Part shown: positions 26,472 through 40,072 of the stretch, piece after piece | Layout of the letters: each line of letters opens with the position of its first letter | How positions within the stretch are numbered: the first letter of the stretch is position 1 | NCBI GenBank assembly: GCA_032718475.1 | Contig: JAUCBJ010003212.1 | Span: 1-64,000 of the forward strand | DNA length: 64,000 nt | Direction of reading: 5' to 3' | Source: Nemertoderma westbladi | Taxonomy: Eukaryota; Animalia; Xenacoelomorpha | Made by a program: the position numbers and the translations under genes | Notes under the pieces: model-generated | What the model was told of the DNA's origin: nothing | Seen by the model: only the letters and a program-made list of their open reading frames with translations | Database searches by the model: none

Positions 26472-29129
26472 TGACATGGGTCAAGTGTGACCAAGTAAAA
26501 ACAAAATCTCAACTATGGCAGGACGTTGACATGGGTCCAGTGTGACCAAGTAAACAAAATCTCAACTATGGCAGGACGTTGTCATGGGTCCAGTGTGACC
26601 AAGTAAACAAAATCTCAACTATGGCAGGACGGTGAGATGGGTCTAGTGTGACCAAGTAAACAAAATCTCAACTATGGCAGGACGGTGACATGGGTCTAGT
26701 GTGAACAAATAAACACAATCTCAACTATGGCAGGACGTTGACATGGGTCTAGTGTGACCAAGTAAACAAAATCTCAACTATGGCAGGACGTTGACATGGG
26801 TCCAGTGTGACCAAGTAAACAAAATCTCAACTATGGCAGGACGGTGACATGGGTCAAGTGTGACCAAGTAAACAAAATCTCAATTATGGCAGGACGGTGA
26901 AATGGGTCAAGTGTGACCAAGTAAACAAAATCTCAACTATGGCAGGACGGTGACATGGGTCTAGTGTGACCAAGTAAACAAAATCTCAACTATGGCAGGA
27001 CGGTGACATGGGTCTAGTGTGAACAAATAAACACAATCTCAACTATGGCAGGACGGTGACATGGGTCTAGTGTGACCAAGTAAACAAACTCTCAACTATG
27101 GCAGGACGGTGACATGGGTCTAGTGTGAACAAATAAACACAATCTCAATTATGGCAGGACGGTGACATGGGTCCAGTGTGAACAAATAAACACAATCTCA
27201 ACTATGGCAGGACGTTGACATGGGTCCAGTGTGACAAAATGAACACAATCTCAACTATGACAGGACGGTGGCATGGGTCCAGTGTGACCAAATAAACACA
27301 ATCTCAACTATGGCAGGACGGTGGCATGGGTCTAGTGTGACCAAGTAAACACAATCTCAACTATGGCAGGACGTTGACATGGGTCCAGTGTGACCAAATA
27401 AACAAAATCTCAACTATGACAGGACGGTGACATGGGTCCAGTGTTACCAAATAAACAACACAATCTCAACTATGGCAGGATGGTGACATGAGTCCAGTGT
27501 TACCAAATAAACACAATCTCAACTATGGCAGGACGGTGACATGGGTCTAGTGTGACCAAGTAAACAAACTCTCAACTATGGCAGGACGGTGACATGGGTC
27601 TAGTGTGAACAAATAAACACAATCTCAATTATGGCAGGACGGTGACATGGGTCCAGTGTGAACAAATAAACACAATCTCAACTATGGCAGGACGTTGACA
27701 TGGGTCCAGTGTGACAAAATGAACACAATCTCAACTATGACAGGACGGTGACATGGGTCTAGTGTGACCAAGTAAACAAACTCTCAACTATGGCAGGACG
27801 GTGACATGGGTCTAGTGTGAACAAATAAACACAATCTCAATTATGGCAGGACGGTGACATGGGTCCAGTGTGAACAAATAAACACAATCTCAACTATGGC
27901 AGGACGTTGACATGGGTCCAGTGTGACAAAATGAACACAATCTCAACTATGACAGGACGGTGGCATGGGTCCAGTGTGACCAAATAAACACAATCTCAAC
28001 TATGGCAGGACGGTGGCATGGGTCTAGTGTGACCAAGTAAACACAATCTCAACTATGGCAGGACGTTGACATGGGTCCAGTGTGACCAAATAAACAAAAT
28101 CTCAACTATGACAGGACGGTGACATGGGTCCAGTGTTACCAAATAAACAACACAATCTCAACTATGGCAGGATGGTGACATGAGTCCAGTGTTACCAAAT
28201 AAACACAATCTCAACTATGACAGGACGTTGACATGGGTCCAGTGTGACCAAATAAACAAAATCTCAACTATGACAGGACGGTGACATGGGTCCAGTGTGA
28301 CCAAATAAACACAATCTCAACTATGGCTGGACGGTGACATGGGTCCAGTGTTACCAAATAAACACAATCTCAACTATGGCAGGACGGTGACATGGGTCCA
28401 GCGTTACCAAATAAACACAATCTCAACTATGACAGGACGTTGACATGGGTCCAGTGTGACCAAATAAACACAATCTCAACTATGGCAGGATGGTGACATG
28501 AGTCCAGTGTGACCAAATAAACACAATCTCAACTATGACATGACGGTGACATGGGTCCAGTGTGACCAAATAAACACAATCTCAACTATGGCAGGACGGT
28601 GACATGGGTCCAGTGTTACCAAATAAATACAATCTCAACTATGGCAGGGCGGTGACATGGTTCCAGTGTTACCAAATAAACACAATCTCAACTATATGGC
28701 AGGACGGTGACATGGGTCCAGTGTGACCAAATAAACACAATCTCAACTATGGCAGGGTGGTGACATGGGTCCAGTGTTACCAAATAAACACAATCTCAAC
28801 TATGGCAGGACGGTGGCATGAGTCCAGTGTTACCAAATAAACACAATCTCAACTATGACAGAACGTTGACATGGGTCCAGTGTGACCAAATAAACACAAT
28901 CTCAACTATGGCAGGATGGTGACATGAGACCAGTGTGACCAAATAAACACAATCTCAACTATGGCAGGATGGTGACATGGGTCTAGTGTTACCAAATAAA
29001 CACAATCTCAACTATGGCAGGGCGGTGACATGGGTCCAGTGTTACCAAATAAACACAATCTCAACTATGGCAGGACGGTGACATGGGTCCAAGGTTACCA
29101 AATAAACACAATCTCAACTATGGCAGGAC
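26472..29129. repeat. 53-bp satellite (GACATGGGTCCAGTGTGACCAAATAAACACAATCTCAACTATGGCAGGACGGT), ~50 units
   Basis: Period of 53 (ATGGG at 26531 and 26584). No unique spacers. Confidence 0.96.
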
Positions 29130-29206
29130 ATTCGTCCCAATTCGCATAAATAAATGGGCCTCTCTGGGTTAACTCGTTGTTTCATTATCCAAAGTAGAAG
29201 GAATGG

Positions 29207-32200
29207 CCAGTGGCCACTACAGTTCCCATCCACCCAGTGGCCACTCCAGTTCCAATCCACCCAGTGGCCACTCCAGTTCCAATCCACCCAGTGGCCACTC
29301 CAGTTCCAATCCACCCAGGGGCCACTCCAGTTCCAATCCACCCAGTGGCCACTCAAGTTCCAATCCACCCAGTGGCCACTCCAGTTCCAATCCACCCAGT
29401 GGCCATTCCAGTTCCAATCCACCCAGTGGCCATTCCAGTTCCAATCCACCCAGTGGCCACCCCAGTTCCAATCCACCCAGTGGCCATTCCAGTTCCAATC
29501 CACCCAGTGGCCATTCCAGTTCCAATCCACCCAGTGGCCATTCCAGTTCCAATCCATCCAGGTGCCACTCCAGGTCCAACCCACCCAGTGGCCACTCCAG
29601 TTCCAATCCACCCAGTGGCCACTCCAGTTCCAATCCACCCAGTGGCCACTCCAGTTCCAATCCACCCAGTGGCCATTCCAGTTCCAATCCACTCAGTGGC
29701 CACCCCAGGGGTCACTCCCGTTCCAATCCACCCAGTGGCCACTCCAGTTCCATCCACAAAGTGGCCACTCCAGTTCCAATCCACCCAGTGGCCACTCCAG
29801 TTCCAATCCACCCAGTGGCCACTCCAGTTCCATCCACAAAGTGGCCACTCCAGTTCCAATCCACCCAGTGGCCACTCAAGTTCCAATCCACCCAGTGGCC
29901 ACTCCCGTTCCAATCCACCCAGTGGCCACTCCAGTTCCAATCCACCCAGTGGCCACTCCAGTTCCAATCTACCCAGTGGCCACTCCAGTTCCAATCCACC
30001 CAGTGGCCACTCCAGTTCCAATCCACCCAGTGGCCACTCCAGTTCCAATCCACCCAGTGGCCACTCCGGTTCTAATCCACCCAGTGGCCACTCCCGTTCC
30101 AATCCACCCAGTGGCCACTCCAGTTCTATCCACAAAGTGGCCAGTCCAGTTCCAATCCAATCCACCCAGTGGCCACTCCAGTTTCAATCCACCCAGTGGC
30201 CACTCCAGTTCCAATCCACCCAGTGGCCACTCCAGTTCAAATCTACCCAGTGGCCACTCCAGTTCCAATCCACCCAGTGGCCACTCCAGTTCCATCCACA
30301 AAGTGGCCACTCCAGTTCCATCCACAAAGTGGCCACTCCAGTTCCAATCCACCCAGTGGCCACTCCCGTTCCAATCCACCCAGTGGCCACTCCAGTCCAA
30401 TCCATCCAGTGGCCACTCCAGTTCCAATCCATCCAGTGGCCACTCCCGTTCCAATCCATCCAGTGGCCACTCCAGTTCCATCCACCCAGTGGCCACTCCC
30501 GTTCCAATCCATCCAGTGGCCACTCCAGTTCCATCCACAAAGTGACCACTCCAGTTCCAATCCACCCAGTGGACACTCCCGTTCCAATCCACCCAGTGGC
30601 CAATCCAGTCCAATCCACCCAGTGGCCACTCCCGTTCCAATCCATCCAGTGGCCACTCCAGTTCCATCGACAAAGTGGCCACTCCAGTTCCAATCCACCC
30701 AGTGGCCACTCCCGTCCCAATCCACCCAGTGGCCACTCCAGTCCAATCCATCCAGTGGCCACTCCAGTTCCATCCACAAAGTGGCCACTCCAGTTCCAAT
30801 CCACCCAGTGGCCACTCCCGTTCCAATCCACCCAGTGGCCACTCCAGTCCAATCCACCCAGTGGCCACTCCAGTTCCAATCCACCCAGTGGCCACTCCAG
30901 TTCCAATCCACCCAGTAGCCACTCCAGTTCCAATCCACCCAGTGGCCACTCCAGGGGCCACTCCCGTTCCAATCCACCCAGTGGCCACTCCAGTTCCAAT
31001 CCACCCAGTGGCCACTCCAGTTCCAATCCACCCAGTGGCCACTCAAGTTCCAATCCACCCAGTGGCCACTCCCGTTCCAATCCACCCAGTGGCAACTCCA
31101 GTTCCAATCCACCCAGTGGCCACTCCAGTTCCAATCTACCCAGTAGCCACTCCAGTTCCAATCCACCCAGTGGCCACTCCAGTTCCAATCCACCCAGTGG
31201 CCACTCCAGTTCCAATCCACCCAGTGGCCACTCCGGTTCTAATCCACCCAGTGGCCACTCCAGGGGCCACTCCCGTTCCAATCCACCCAGTGGCCACTCC
31301 AGTTCTATCCACAAAGTGGCCAGTCCAGTTCCAATCCAATCCACCCAGTGGCCACTCCAGTTTCAATCCACCCAGTGGCCACTCCAGTTCCAATCCACCC
31401 AGTGGCCATTCCAGTTCCAATCTACCCAGTGGCCACTCCAGTTCCAATCCACCCAGTGGCCACTCCAGTTCCATCCACAAAGTGGCCACTCCAGTTCCAA
31501 TCCACCCAGTGGCCACTCCCGTTCCAATCCATCCAGTGGCCACTCCAGTTCCATCCACAAAGTGGCCACTCCAGTTCCAATCCACCCAGTGGCCACTCCC
31601 GTTCCAATCCACCCAGTGGCCACTCCAGTCCAATCCACCCAGTGGCCACTCCAGTTCCAATCCATCCAGTGGCCACTCCCGTTCCAATCCATCCAGTGGC
31701 CACTCCAGTTCCATCCACCCAGTGGCCACTCCCGTTCCAATCCATCCAGTAGCCACTCCAGTTCCATCCACAAAGTGGCCACTCCAGTTCCAATCCACCC
31801 AGTGGCCACTCCCGTTCCAATCCACCCAGTGGCCAATCCAGTCCAATCCACCCAGTGGCCACTCCCGTTCCAATCCATCCAGTGGCCACTCCAGTTCCAT
31901 CCACAAAGTGGCCACTCCAGTTCCAATCCACCCAGTGGCCACTCCCGTCCCAATCCACCCAGTGGCCACTCCAGTCCAATCCATCCAGTGGCCACTCCAG
32001 TTCCATCCACAAAGTGGCCACTCCAGTTCCAATCCACCCAGTGGCCACTCCCGTTCCAATCCACCCAGTGGCCACTCCAGTCCCAATCTACCCAGTGGCC
32101 ACTCCAGTTCCAATCCACCCAGTGGCCACTCCAGTTCCAATCCACCCAGTGGCCACTCCAGTTCCAATCCACCCAGTGGCCACTCCAGTTCCAATCCACC

Positions 32201-33381
32201 CAGTGGCCACTCCAGTTCCAATCCACCCAGTGGCCACTCTAGTTCCAATCCACCCAGTGGCCACTCCAGTTCCAATCCACCCAGTGGCCACTCCAGTTCC
32301 AATCCACCCAGTGGCCACTCCATTTCCAATCCACCCAGTGGCCACTCCAGTTCCAATCCACCCAGTGGCCACCCCAGTTCCAATCCACCCAGTGGCCACT
32401 CCAGTTCCAATCCACCCAGTGGCCACTCCAGTTCCAATCCACCTAATGGCCACTCCAGTTCCAATCCACCCAGTGGCCACTCCAGTTCCAATCCACCCAA
32501 TGGCCACTCTAGTTCCAATCCACCCAGTGGCCACTCCAGTTCCAATCCACCCAGTGGCCACTCCAGTTCCAATCCATGTAATGGCCACTCCAGTTCCAAT
32601 CCACCCAGTGGCCACTCCAGTTCCAATCCACCCAATGGCCACTCTAGTTCCAATCCACCCAGTGGCCACTCCAGTTCCAATCCACCCAGTGGCCACTCCA
32701 GTTCCAATCCACCCAATGGCCACTCTAGTTCCAATCCACCCAGCGGCCACTCCAGTTCCAATCCACCCAGTGGCCACTCCAGTCCCAATCCACCCAGTGG
32801 CCACTCCAGTTCCAATCCACCCAGTGGCCACCCCAGTTCCAATCCACCCAGTGGCCACTCCAGTTCCAATCCACCCAGTGGCCACTCCAGTTCCAATCCA
32901 CCCAGTGGCCACTCCAGTTCCAATCCACCCAGTGGCCACTCCAGTTCCAATCCACCCAGTGGCCACTCCAGTTCCAATCCACCCAGTGGCCACTCCAGTT
33001 CCAATCCACCCAGTAGCCACTCCATTTCCAATCCACCCAGTAGCCACTCCAGTTCCAATCCACCCAGTGGCCACTCCAGGGGCCACTCCCGTTCCAATCC
33101 ACCCAGTGGCCACTCCAGTTCCAATCCACCCAGTGGCCACTCCAGTTCCAATCCACCCAGTGGCCACTCCAGTTCCAATCCACCCAGTGGCCACTCCAGT
33201 TCCAATCCACCCAGTAGCCACTCCAGTTCCAATCCACCCAGTGGCCACTCCAGGTGCCACTCCCGTTCCAATCCACCCAGTGGCCACTCCAGTTCCAATC
33301 CACCCAGTGGCCACTCCAGTTCCAATCCACCCAGTGGCCACTCCAGTTCCAATCCACCCAGTGGCCACTCCAGTTCTAATC
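29207..33381. repeat. 27-bp satellite (CCAGTGGCCACTCCAGTTCCAATCCAC)
   Basis: 27-bp period with recurrent 26-bp variants (CCATCCACAAAGTGG) and large internally duplicated blocks. Confidence 0.96.
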
Positions 33382-33559
33382 CGAGGTTTGGCTTGCTGTC
33401 AACAGTGGCGTACCGCGGCGTACCGCGGCGTTGGGGGTAGGTACTGCGGCGTCCTGTTACAATCGTAGTCGCTCTGCCCCCCCCTCCCCCCCCCAGTGTA
33501 CCGCGGCGTTCTGTAACAATCGTCGTCGTTCTGCCCCCCCCCCCCCCAGCCCCATTATA

Positions 33560-35343
33560 CAGTAGTCCGGTCAAAATAGGCGAAAAAAGGCTCAACCTCG
33601 GACAAATTGCAACAGAATTTAATTTAATATTTTTTAGACCCAAAAATCGGCCTAAAGGGATTGTTAGACCATTTCACCATGGCAACAGAAAGTCATACAT
33701 AAATCATCCCTTTCCTATAATCTTATGGAATTCCAACCTTGACCTACCCCACCAAAATCACTATCGGAGAAGCCGATGGGGCACTTTTTGAAACCCGGTT
33801 ACCATGACAACTATGAGAATTACATCGTCGAAATTAATTGTACAGTAAATTTATGAAATGTTGGAAACGTATCCGTATTGTGTGTACCCATTGTTGCTTA
33901 ATTAGGAAACTCTGTAATTATATTGTCCTTAAGCATAAATGTTTTTTTCTAGATTCGGCGTTGAAGTGGAATAGTAGTTGGCCTGTAACCTATGTAGGTA
34001 ATAAGAAAAAAATATCACCTATAATGTTTATTTAGTTTAAATAAGTTACTATAATTTTAAAAAGAAACCAATTCAGGATCAAGTACCTCACATGTTGTTA
34101 TGTTCAGTCCATAATTTGCCAGACAATCATGTCATTTCTTGTTGCCATGGCATCCAAAACTATTATTTAATATGTGAAAATTCCATCGTAAACATTTTAG
34201 ATCTATTTCAGATGCATATCAATATGTTACATAGTCAACATTCATGATCACAAGCGAGGTCATTATTCTGTTGTTACCACAGCAACGGGAATATTCTAGT
34301 ATTTATGTAGTTTTAGTAACGTATTTGGTATTTTATTGACATTGAAAGTTAATCATATTAAAGATTATTGAAAAAAATTGTGTGGAGTCTGCTGCAGTTA
34401 TTTTACTTAACAAAGTCTGGAATTTTGACCATAGCAAAGGGAGTTTTTATCCTAATTCGGGAGTGATTTGTTAAAATTACTCCAAATTCGGTATTCAGTA
34501 TTTTGTAGCATGAGATGCTGTAGAAAATTACAAAATTATATTCGAATGACCTTAATGTACTTAGCAACGAAAGTTTTCCTTAGCAACCGGGGTCTTTTAG
34601 TACCAACATCGCGTATTTAAAGTGATAACTTGTTTTTTAATGAGCTGTGAAGTTTAAATAACAGTAGTAAGTTCTCCTTGGCAACGTTGAATTATTTTGT
34701 ATAGCAACAGCGATTTACCTTAGCAACGGGTAGTTTCACAAGATAGCAGCGAGTTTTCAAATAATTACCAAGTTTTCTACTTTAAACATTACTATAAACA
34801 CTACATTTTAACATTATACTACAGTATATATATATTTTAAATATATTTTTATATTTTATTTTTTTTTTTTAAATATATTTTATATATATTTTTTTTATAT
34901 ATTTTAACACTACATTATTTTATCATTACACTTTAAACACTACATTTATGCTTAAGGACAATATAATTACAGAGTTTCCTAATTAAGCAACAATGAGAAC
35001 ACGCAATACGGATACGTATCCAAAATTTCATAAATTTACTGTAAAATTAATATTCGACGATGTAATTCTCATAGTTGTCATGGTAACCGGGTTTCAAAAA
35101 GTGCCCCATCGGATTCTCCGATAGTGATTTTGGTGGGGTAGGTCAAGGTTAGAATTCCATAGGATTATAGGAAAGGGTGATTTATGTATGACTTTCTGTT
35201 GCCATGGTGAAATGGTCTATTTAACCAAGTTCCAACAACCCGATTTTGGATATGTTGATAAGCATAAAATTTGGGTCTAGAAATATTAAATTAAATTCTG
35301 TTGCAATTTGTCCGAGGCTGAGCCCAATTTTGACTGGACTATT
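33560..35343. mobile_element. Long-TIR non-autonomous DNA transposon (Tc1/mariner-like left end TA-CAGTAGTCC)
   Basis: 33589..33654 pairs with ~35270..35325, and 33666..33942 pairs with ~34942..35218. Termini TAGTCCGGTCAAAAT and ATTTTGACTGGACTA. Confidence 0.85.
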
Positions 35344-36380
35344 AGGATAATTTTATCCAAAATAATTTAAAATCACATTTATAAATTAAAAAATACTTAA
35401 AAACCGCATACGATACAATACAAAATTAGTAGGCTACATGCAATAATTAATTCAATAGACACTACAGAATAAATACTGTATAATTGCAAAAATAGCTTCC
35501 CAATTTTTTTTCATCTGCAATTGTATTTATACAATTCTCTCCGTTAACTATCGAACTTCCTGTTTCCTACGCCATTTCGTGCACCCCCCCCCCCCCCCCC
35601 CCCCCGTGTTTGTGATGTCGATTCAGTGGCGAAGGTATTACAGTATTTCGATATTGCCACTCATCACAGACCAATAGAATCTTCCGGTTTGGCGCCCTTC
35701 GAATTTTGGAGTCCTGTGACACTCGCCCCCATTTCGAAATTGTTGGTTGTTTGATGGTGTTTTTTGGTGTCAAAAGTGGTGCTGCACCAAAATTACAAAT
35801 TACCAATATTAGGCCTACAATTACATTACAACAGTTTCCATAACTCTAGAACGAAACAACTTATGGAAAAACTGATTTCAGATTCGGTATCACCATAAAA
35901 TGTACCACTGTGGGTGAACCCCGCCCCCTTAATTATTTGGTCTCAAATGGCCAAGTAGAGTATGTTCATGTTCAATCTTAAAGCAGCACAATATTACCAA
36001 AAATAACAAAATGACTGAATATAAATGAATTCTCTGAGTAATATTTATGATTATTGAATTACTGAAATCATATTGTATCAAAACTATTAATTACACATAT
36101 ACCTTATTTACAAGGTGTTACACTTTATGTAATACCTTATTTACACTGTAAATATGGGTATTAAATTTCGAATGTAAATTAGTCAGGAAATATGTGGAAA
36201 ATTCACACATAAATGCAAATTACATTGTTATTTATTATTTTTTGTTTTTATTTCTTATAGACAATTTAAAAAGGATTCTAAATCAATGGAGAGAGTTCAA
36301 TCACATATATAAGCTCATCGTATCTGATTAGTTCTGGTGTTAGTCATTTTGTTCTCAAAGAAGAATGTAAAATTTTTAAG

Positions 36381-36990
36381 AACAATTGACAGTCCATAGG
36401 AAATGTCTTATCATGAGCATAAGTTCTAAAGATGTTTGAGCAATGGATTTGTTACTTTTGAGATCATTGATTCAGAAGTAAGGAGTAAGGCAAGGTTAGA
36501 CTTTCGATTATGTAAGGGAAAGGCATGGGTTGTTCAGGATTAGGAAGTCAAACAGAATACGTCGGTCGGTCGGTCCGATAATTTATAGCAGCATTAGACC
36601 AGTACCAGTACTCCAAATCCGAGTTAATGCTAAGCTCTAACTGCTGAGTACACTAAATCTTTGGATGGAACATACACATACAATAAAGTTACTGTATGCC
36701 TGGTTCATTTTGTAAAGTACAGTTAATGACATCTCCAACCATATGCACATATGCAGCAGGTGTCTCATTAGTTCCCCCAACACATGAACAGTTTACAAGA
36801 CATTGCTATTACTGTTAGGTCCAGCTTCTGCACAATTTTATACATTTGAAGCTTAATTAAGGAAGAAAAGAAACAAGGTGGACTGGACATCATATGACTT
36901 TATACATAATCTCACGAAAGTCATGTGGGATTGGGAGTTGTGGCGGTGCAATTATGTCGATAAGCCGACATGCATACTTAAAGAAGCTGT
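36381..36990 (+). mobile_element. Highly decayed copy of the RTE family at 4932..5628
   Basis: Colinear matches include TAAGGGAAAGGCATGGG, GTGTCTCATTxGTTCCCCCAA and GGGAGTTGTGGCGGTGCAATTxTGTCGATAAGCCG. Confidence 0.8.
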
Positions 36991-38722
36991 ACCGGTAATG
37001 AAACATACGCCTATACAGCAAACATACAGCCTACGTTTCAGATTCATCTGTTCCTTTTTGCCAGTATTGGGGGCAGGTATCTGAATTACGACACTATCTT
37101 CCACTAATGTCGTATGTTGTTCGATTGGGAGCTTCCGAAGGAACGTCCGAAGCGGGCGCTTATGCGAGTACAATACGGAATTTTATTTATTCTCTTTAAG
37201 AAATTCCACCAAAAATATTTTCATTTTTTATATTTTTTACTACTGTACTTTTTTCGCCGGAAAAAAGTAAAATCAATGCAATTCTATGGGATATCCTCAT
37301 CCCTATGGAAAAAACGACACCCTATCTCCCAATTTTGGTGCATACCCGATTTTGGATTATTAATCTTTTTCGTGTATTCGAATGACGTCATGTGATTATA
37401 TTTAGAATGACATACTGGACAGGGCGTATACATTGTAAACGTAAGGGGGTAGGGACATACTGAGAAATAATGTCGCACTGCGATGTAAAGTTAGAAAATA
37501 TGTCGCCGTGGCGATTTTGTAGTGCGAAATTAATTCAATACATTTAAATTAAATAAATAATATAAATATCTAAAAATCTCAAATTTCGTTCTGAATAAAT
37601 TAATATTCCAGATGTAACAATATCCTGCCGAGGGCGGGACCGCTATAATTATATTGGAATTTGTAGTTTGCATAATATTAGATTCATTAATGTTATATGA
37701 AGTTTCATCTGCTAAATTTCATTCAAATAAGATGTATTATTGTGTATGTGTACTTATTTTAATATCTGGAATTCTAAAATGTGAACAACATATCAAATAA
37801 ATGTAAAGTATCAATTATAAATATATTACTATTACTTACTAAATACACTGTAGTAGAAGTGCAAAAGTGCGGCACATTATCACTCCAGATAGTACCCCAA
37901 CCAAAATACTATGCACAAATACATTAAGCGCAAATTCCTCTACAGTCTATATTCCACCCCTACTGTAGGTAAACTAACTTTAAATAAAACAGTTATACAG
38001 TAGTTATTGGTGGTAAATTGATTTAGTTAGATCGGTGTCCCATGTTGATGGAGACCGAAACTAAGTAATGCTACGGTACTGATAATATAGTTCAGTTTCC
38101 TTATAATTTAAAAAGAATAAGATATAATTTGTAATGAAATTTAATTATGAGGGCTGTCCTGAGTAAGTGGAAGGATTGAGATGCATCAAATAGGAAGTCA
38201 TCACAATGAATTGTACAAGAAATGCGACTCTAAACATCCAAGATCCAACCGATTGCAGACTAAGCTATGCCTGCTGAATTCAACTTCATTTATTACTGTG
38301 AATGCCCTAGGAATTTTGTGAATTAGCTGGGCCTATATTACAGTACATACTTATCTTGTATCATAATCTTTATCAATGAAAATAAAATAGTTATTTTTTA
38401 TCAAGTATCAGTAGTGAAAGCATTTTTTGAACTTTCTCAAATCCGAACTCCAATCCTACCTAACCAGATATACTGATATAGTCTAACTGAGATCCAACTA
38501 TTTATGACGGTTAGGTACCATACAGGTGGATACTACAGTACTAGAACTAGATATACAGAAATGCGAGCAAATATACAGAAATGCGAGCTATTTACCAACA
38601 GTTAGTTATTTAGGCTAGGCAACTAAAAACTACAGATGAGTTTTTATCTATCGATTCATGATACCCGGATTCCAGTACTCCAGAATTCTGTTTTATAATT
38701 GTATAATGCTGTAATGCAGTAA

Positions 38723-39148
38723 TTACATAAGTCCTGAGCTCTTCTTACAGTCCTTAAATAATTCGTTGAAACCGGCACACAAAGAGATATCGGACTGCTG
38801 TTGGCTGCAATCCATAAAGGCCTGTAGTTCCTGCATACAAGGCGCTGATGTCTGCTGCTGTTGCTGGGGAACCGAGCTGTCTTCGGTCGCCGCAGCCACA
38901 CCACCACCCGTCATCGCCGCTCCAACAGTATGCCCTACCGCACTGCCCACAGCCACTCCTGCCGCCGTGGCCGCCATCTGGGCGAACATCCCCGGTTGTC
39001 GGCCAGTCGGCTGTGTCATCGGTTGCTGCGGGTGGGTTCGGGCAGGCGCTGTTGTACTGGCGTTACGCGTGCCGCCACCGGCTGTGCGAGCACTTCCGCC
39101 GAACCCACCGCCACTGCGTCCTCCGAAGCCTCTTCCTCCTCTCGGCAT
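38723..39148 (-). CDS. CHCHD2: CHCHD2/CHCHD10 (Mix17)-family mitochondrial twin-CX9C protein, 141 aa, intronless CDS
   Basis: MPRG start, Arg/Gly-rich N-terminus, conserved QPGMFAQMAATAAGVAVGSAVGHTVG helix and C-terminal CX9C-X9-CX9C. Confidence 0.95.
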   Translation of the reverse strand: MPRGGRGFGGRSGGGFGGSARTAGGGTRNASTTAPARTHPQQPMTQPTGRQPGMFAQMAATAAGVAVGSAVGHTVGAAMTGGGVAAATEDSSVPQQQQQTSAPCMQELQAFMDCSQQQSDISLCAGFNELFKDCKKSSGLM

Positions 39149-40072
39149 ATTCTTATCTTCAGATCTTGACTGTATTCAATACAGCAAAACTGTAATACAG
39201 TCAGACAGTACCGCAGTAATACTTCAGTACTTACTTCTGTACTTAATTTATAATTACAACAGGTATTTCTGTATTTGGCTAATACTGTAATGGGATGTCG
39301 GTCGGTGAGTGTACAGGTGTACAGGAGGTACAGCAGTACAGTGGTAGGTGTTAGCTGTTAGGGCAGAATGTCTATAGTTTCCAGATGGTAGCCTTGGTAG
39401 GTATCTCTGGTGTACCATATCGTCCCTTTCATTTTCAAACAACCTGAAACTATGACAAAAACTTGACAAAATTGACTTTTTCCTGTAAAACGGCATTTTT
39501 GATTCTAATTTTGTTTGAAAGTAATATTCCAGGATTTTGGTCTTATTTACTTTTAAATCCATTAAATGTAACGATTTTAAACAAAAACAGTTATGGTATT
39601 CGATTAATGTACCATATTAGGTGGGAAACAATGTATAGGGATATACTGTAGGTTGTTTAAAAAAAATATTACATTTTTTACAATGATTACTCAAAAAGCA
39701 TTAGGCCTAAGACACATAAGATTATTAAGTTTTAAAAATATAAAACAAATCTCCCTCTATCATAATAAATAACAATTCTACCTCTCGATTCGTTGTTGCC
39801 AATTTTATATCAACGTTTCCCGGGTTTACTCTATTTATAATAGTAAAATGTATTATATAGGTTGTTTTTAAAAAAATTTATTTATCATGCGGTCTATGCA
39901 AAACTGGCATATAGGTGGTTTTAATGTAGGAGTATGGCCTTCTAAGTGAGTTAATCGGATTCAGAATACATTTTAACATAAAGAAATACAGCAATTTCCA
40001 TTTCGGCAAAAATGGCATATAGGTGGTTTCAAAATGAATGGGACGATATGGTAATGGCATCTATGTAATATT

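Noticed and set aside
26472-29129. CRISPR-like appearance of the 53-bp array (and other arrays)
   Set aside because: No unique spacers, no cas genes and a eukaryotic context.
29114-33643. Long mucin-like ORFs (PIHPVATPV etc.) in all six frames
   Set aside because: Frequent 26-bp units break every frame, and by eye the variants show no third-position bias. This is a satellite, unlike the 33-bp array.
37028-37064. CAGAUGAAUCUGAAACGUAGG on the minus strand, vaguely like a Penelope pLTR
   Set aside because: It lacks an intact CUGANGA box and a cleavage triplet, so it is too degenerate to call.
38766-39290. Plus-strand ORFs over CHCHD2 (and at 47641..48173)
   Set aside because: GC-rich antisense shadows of the real gene.
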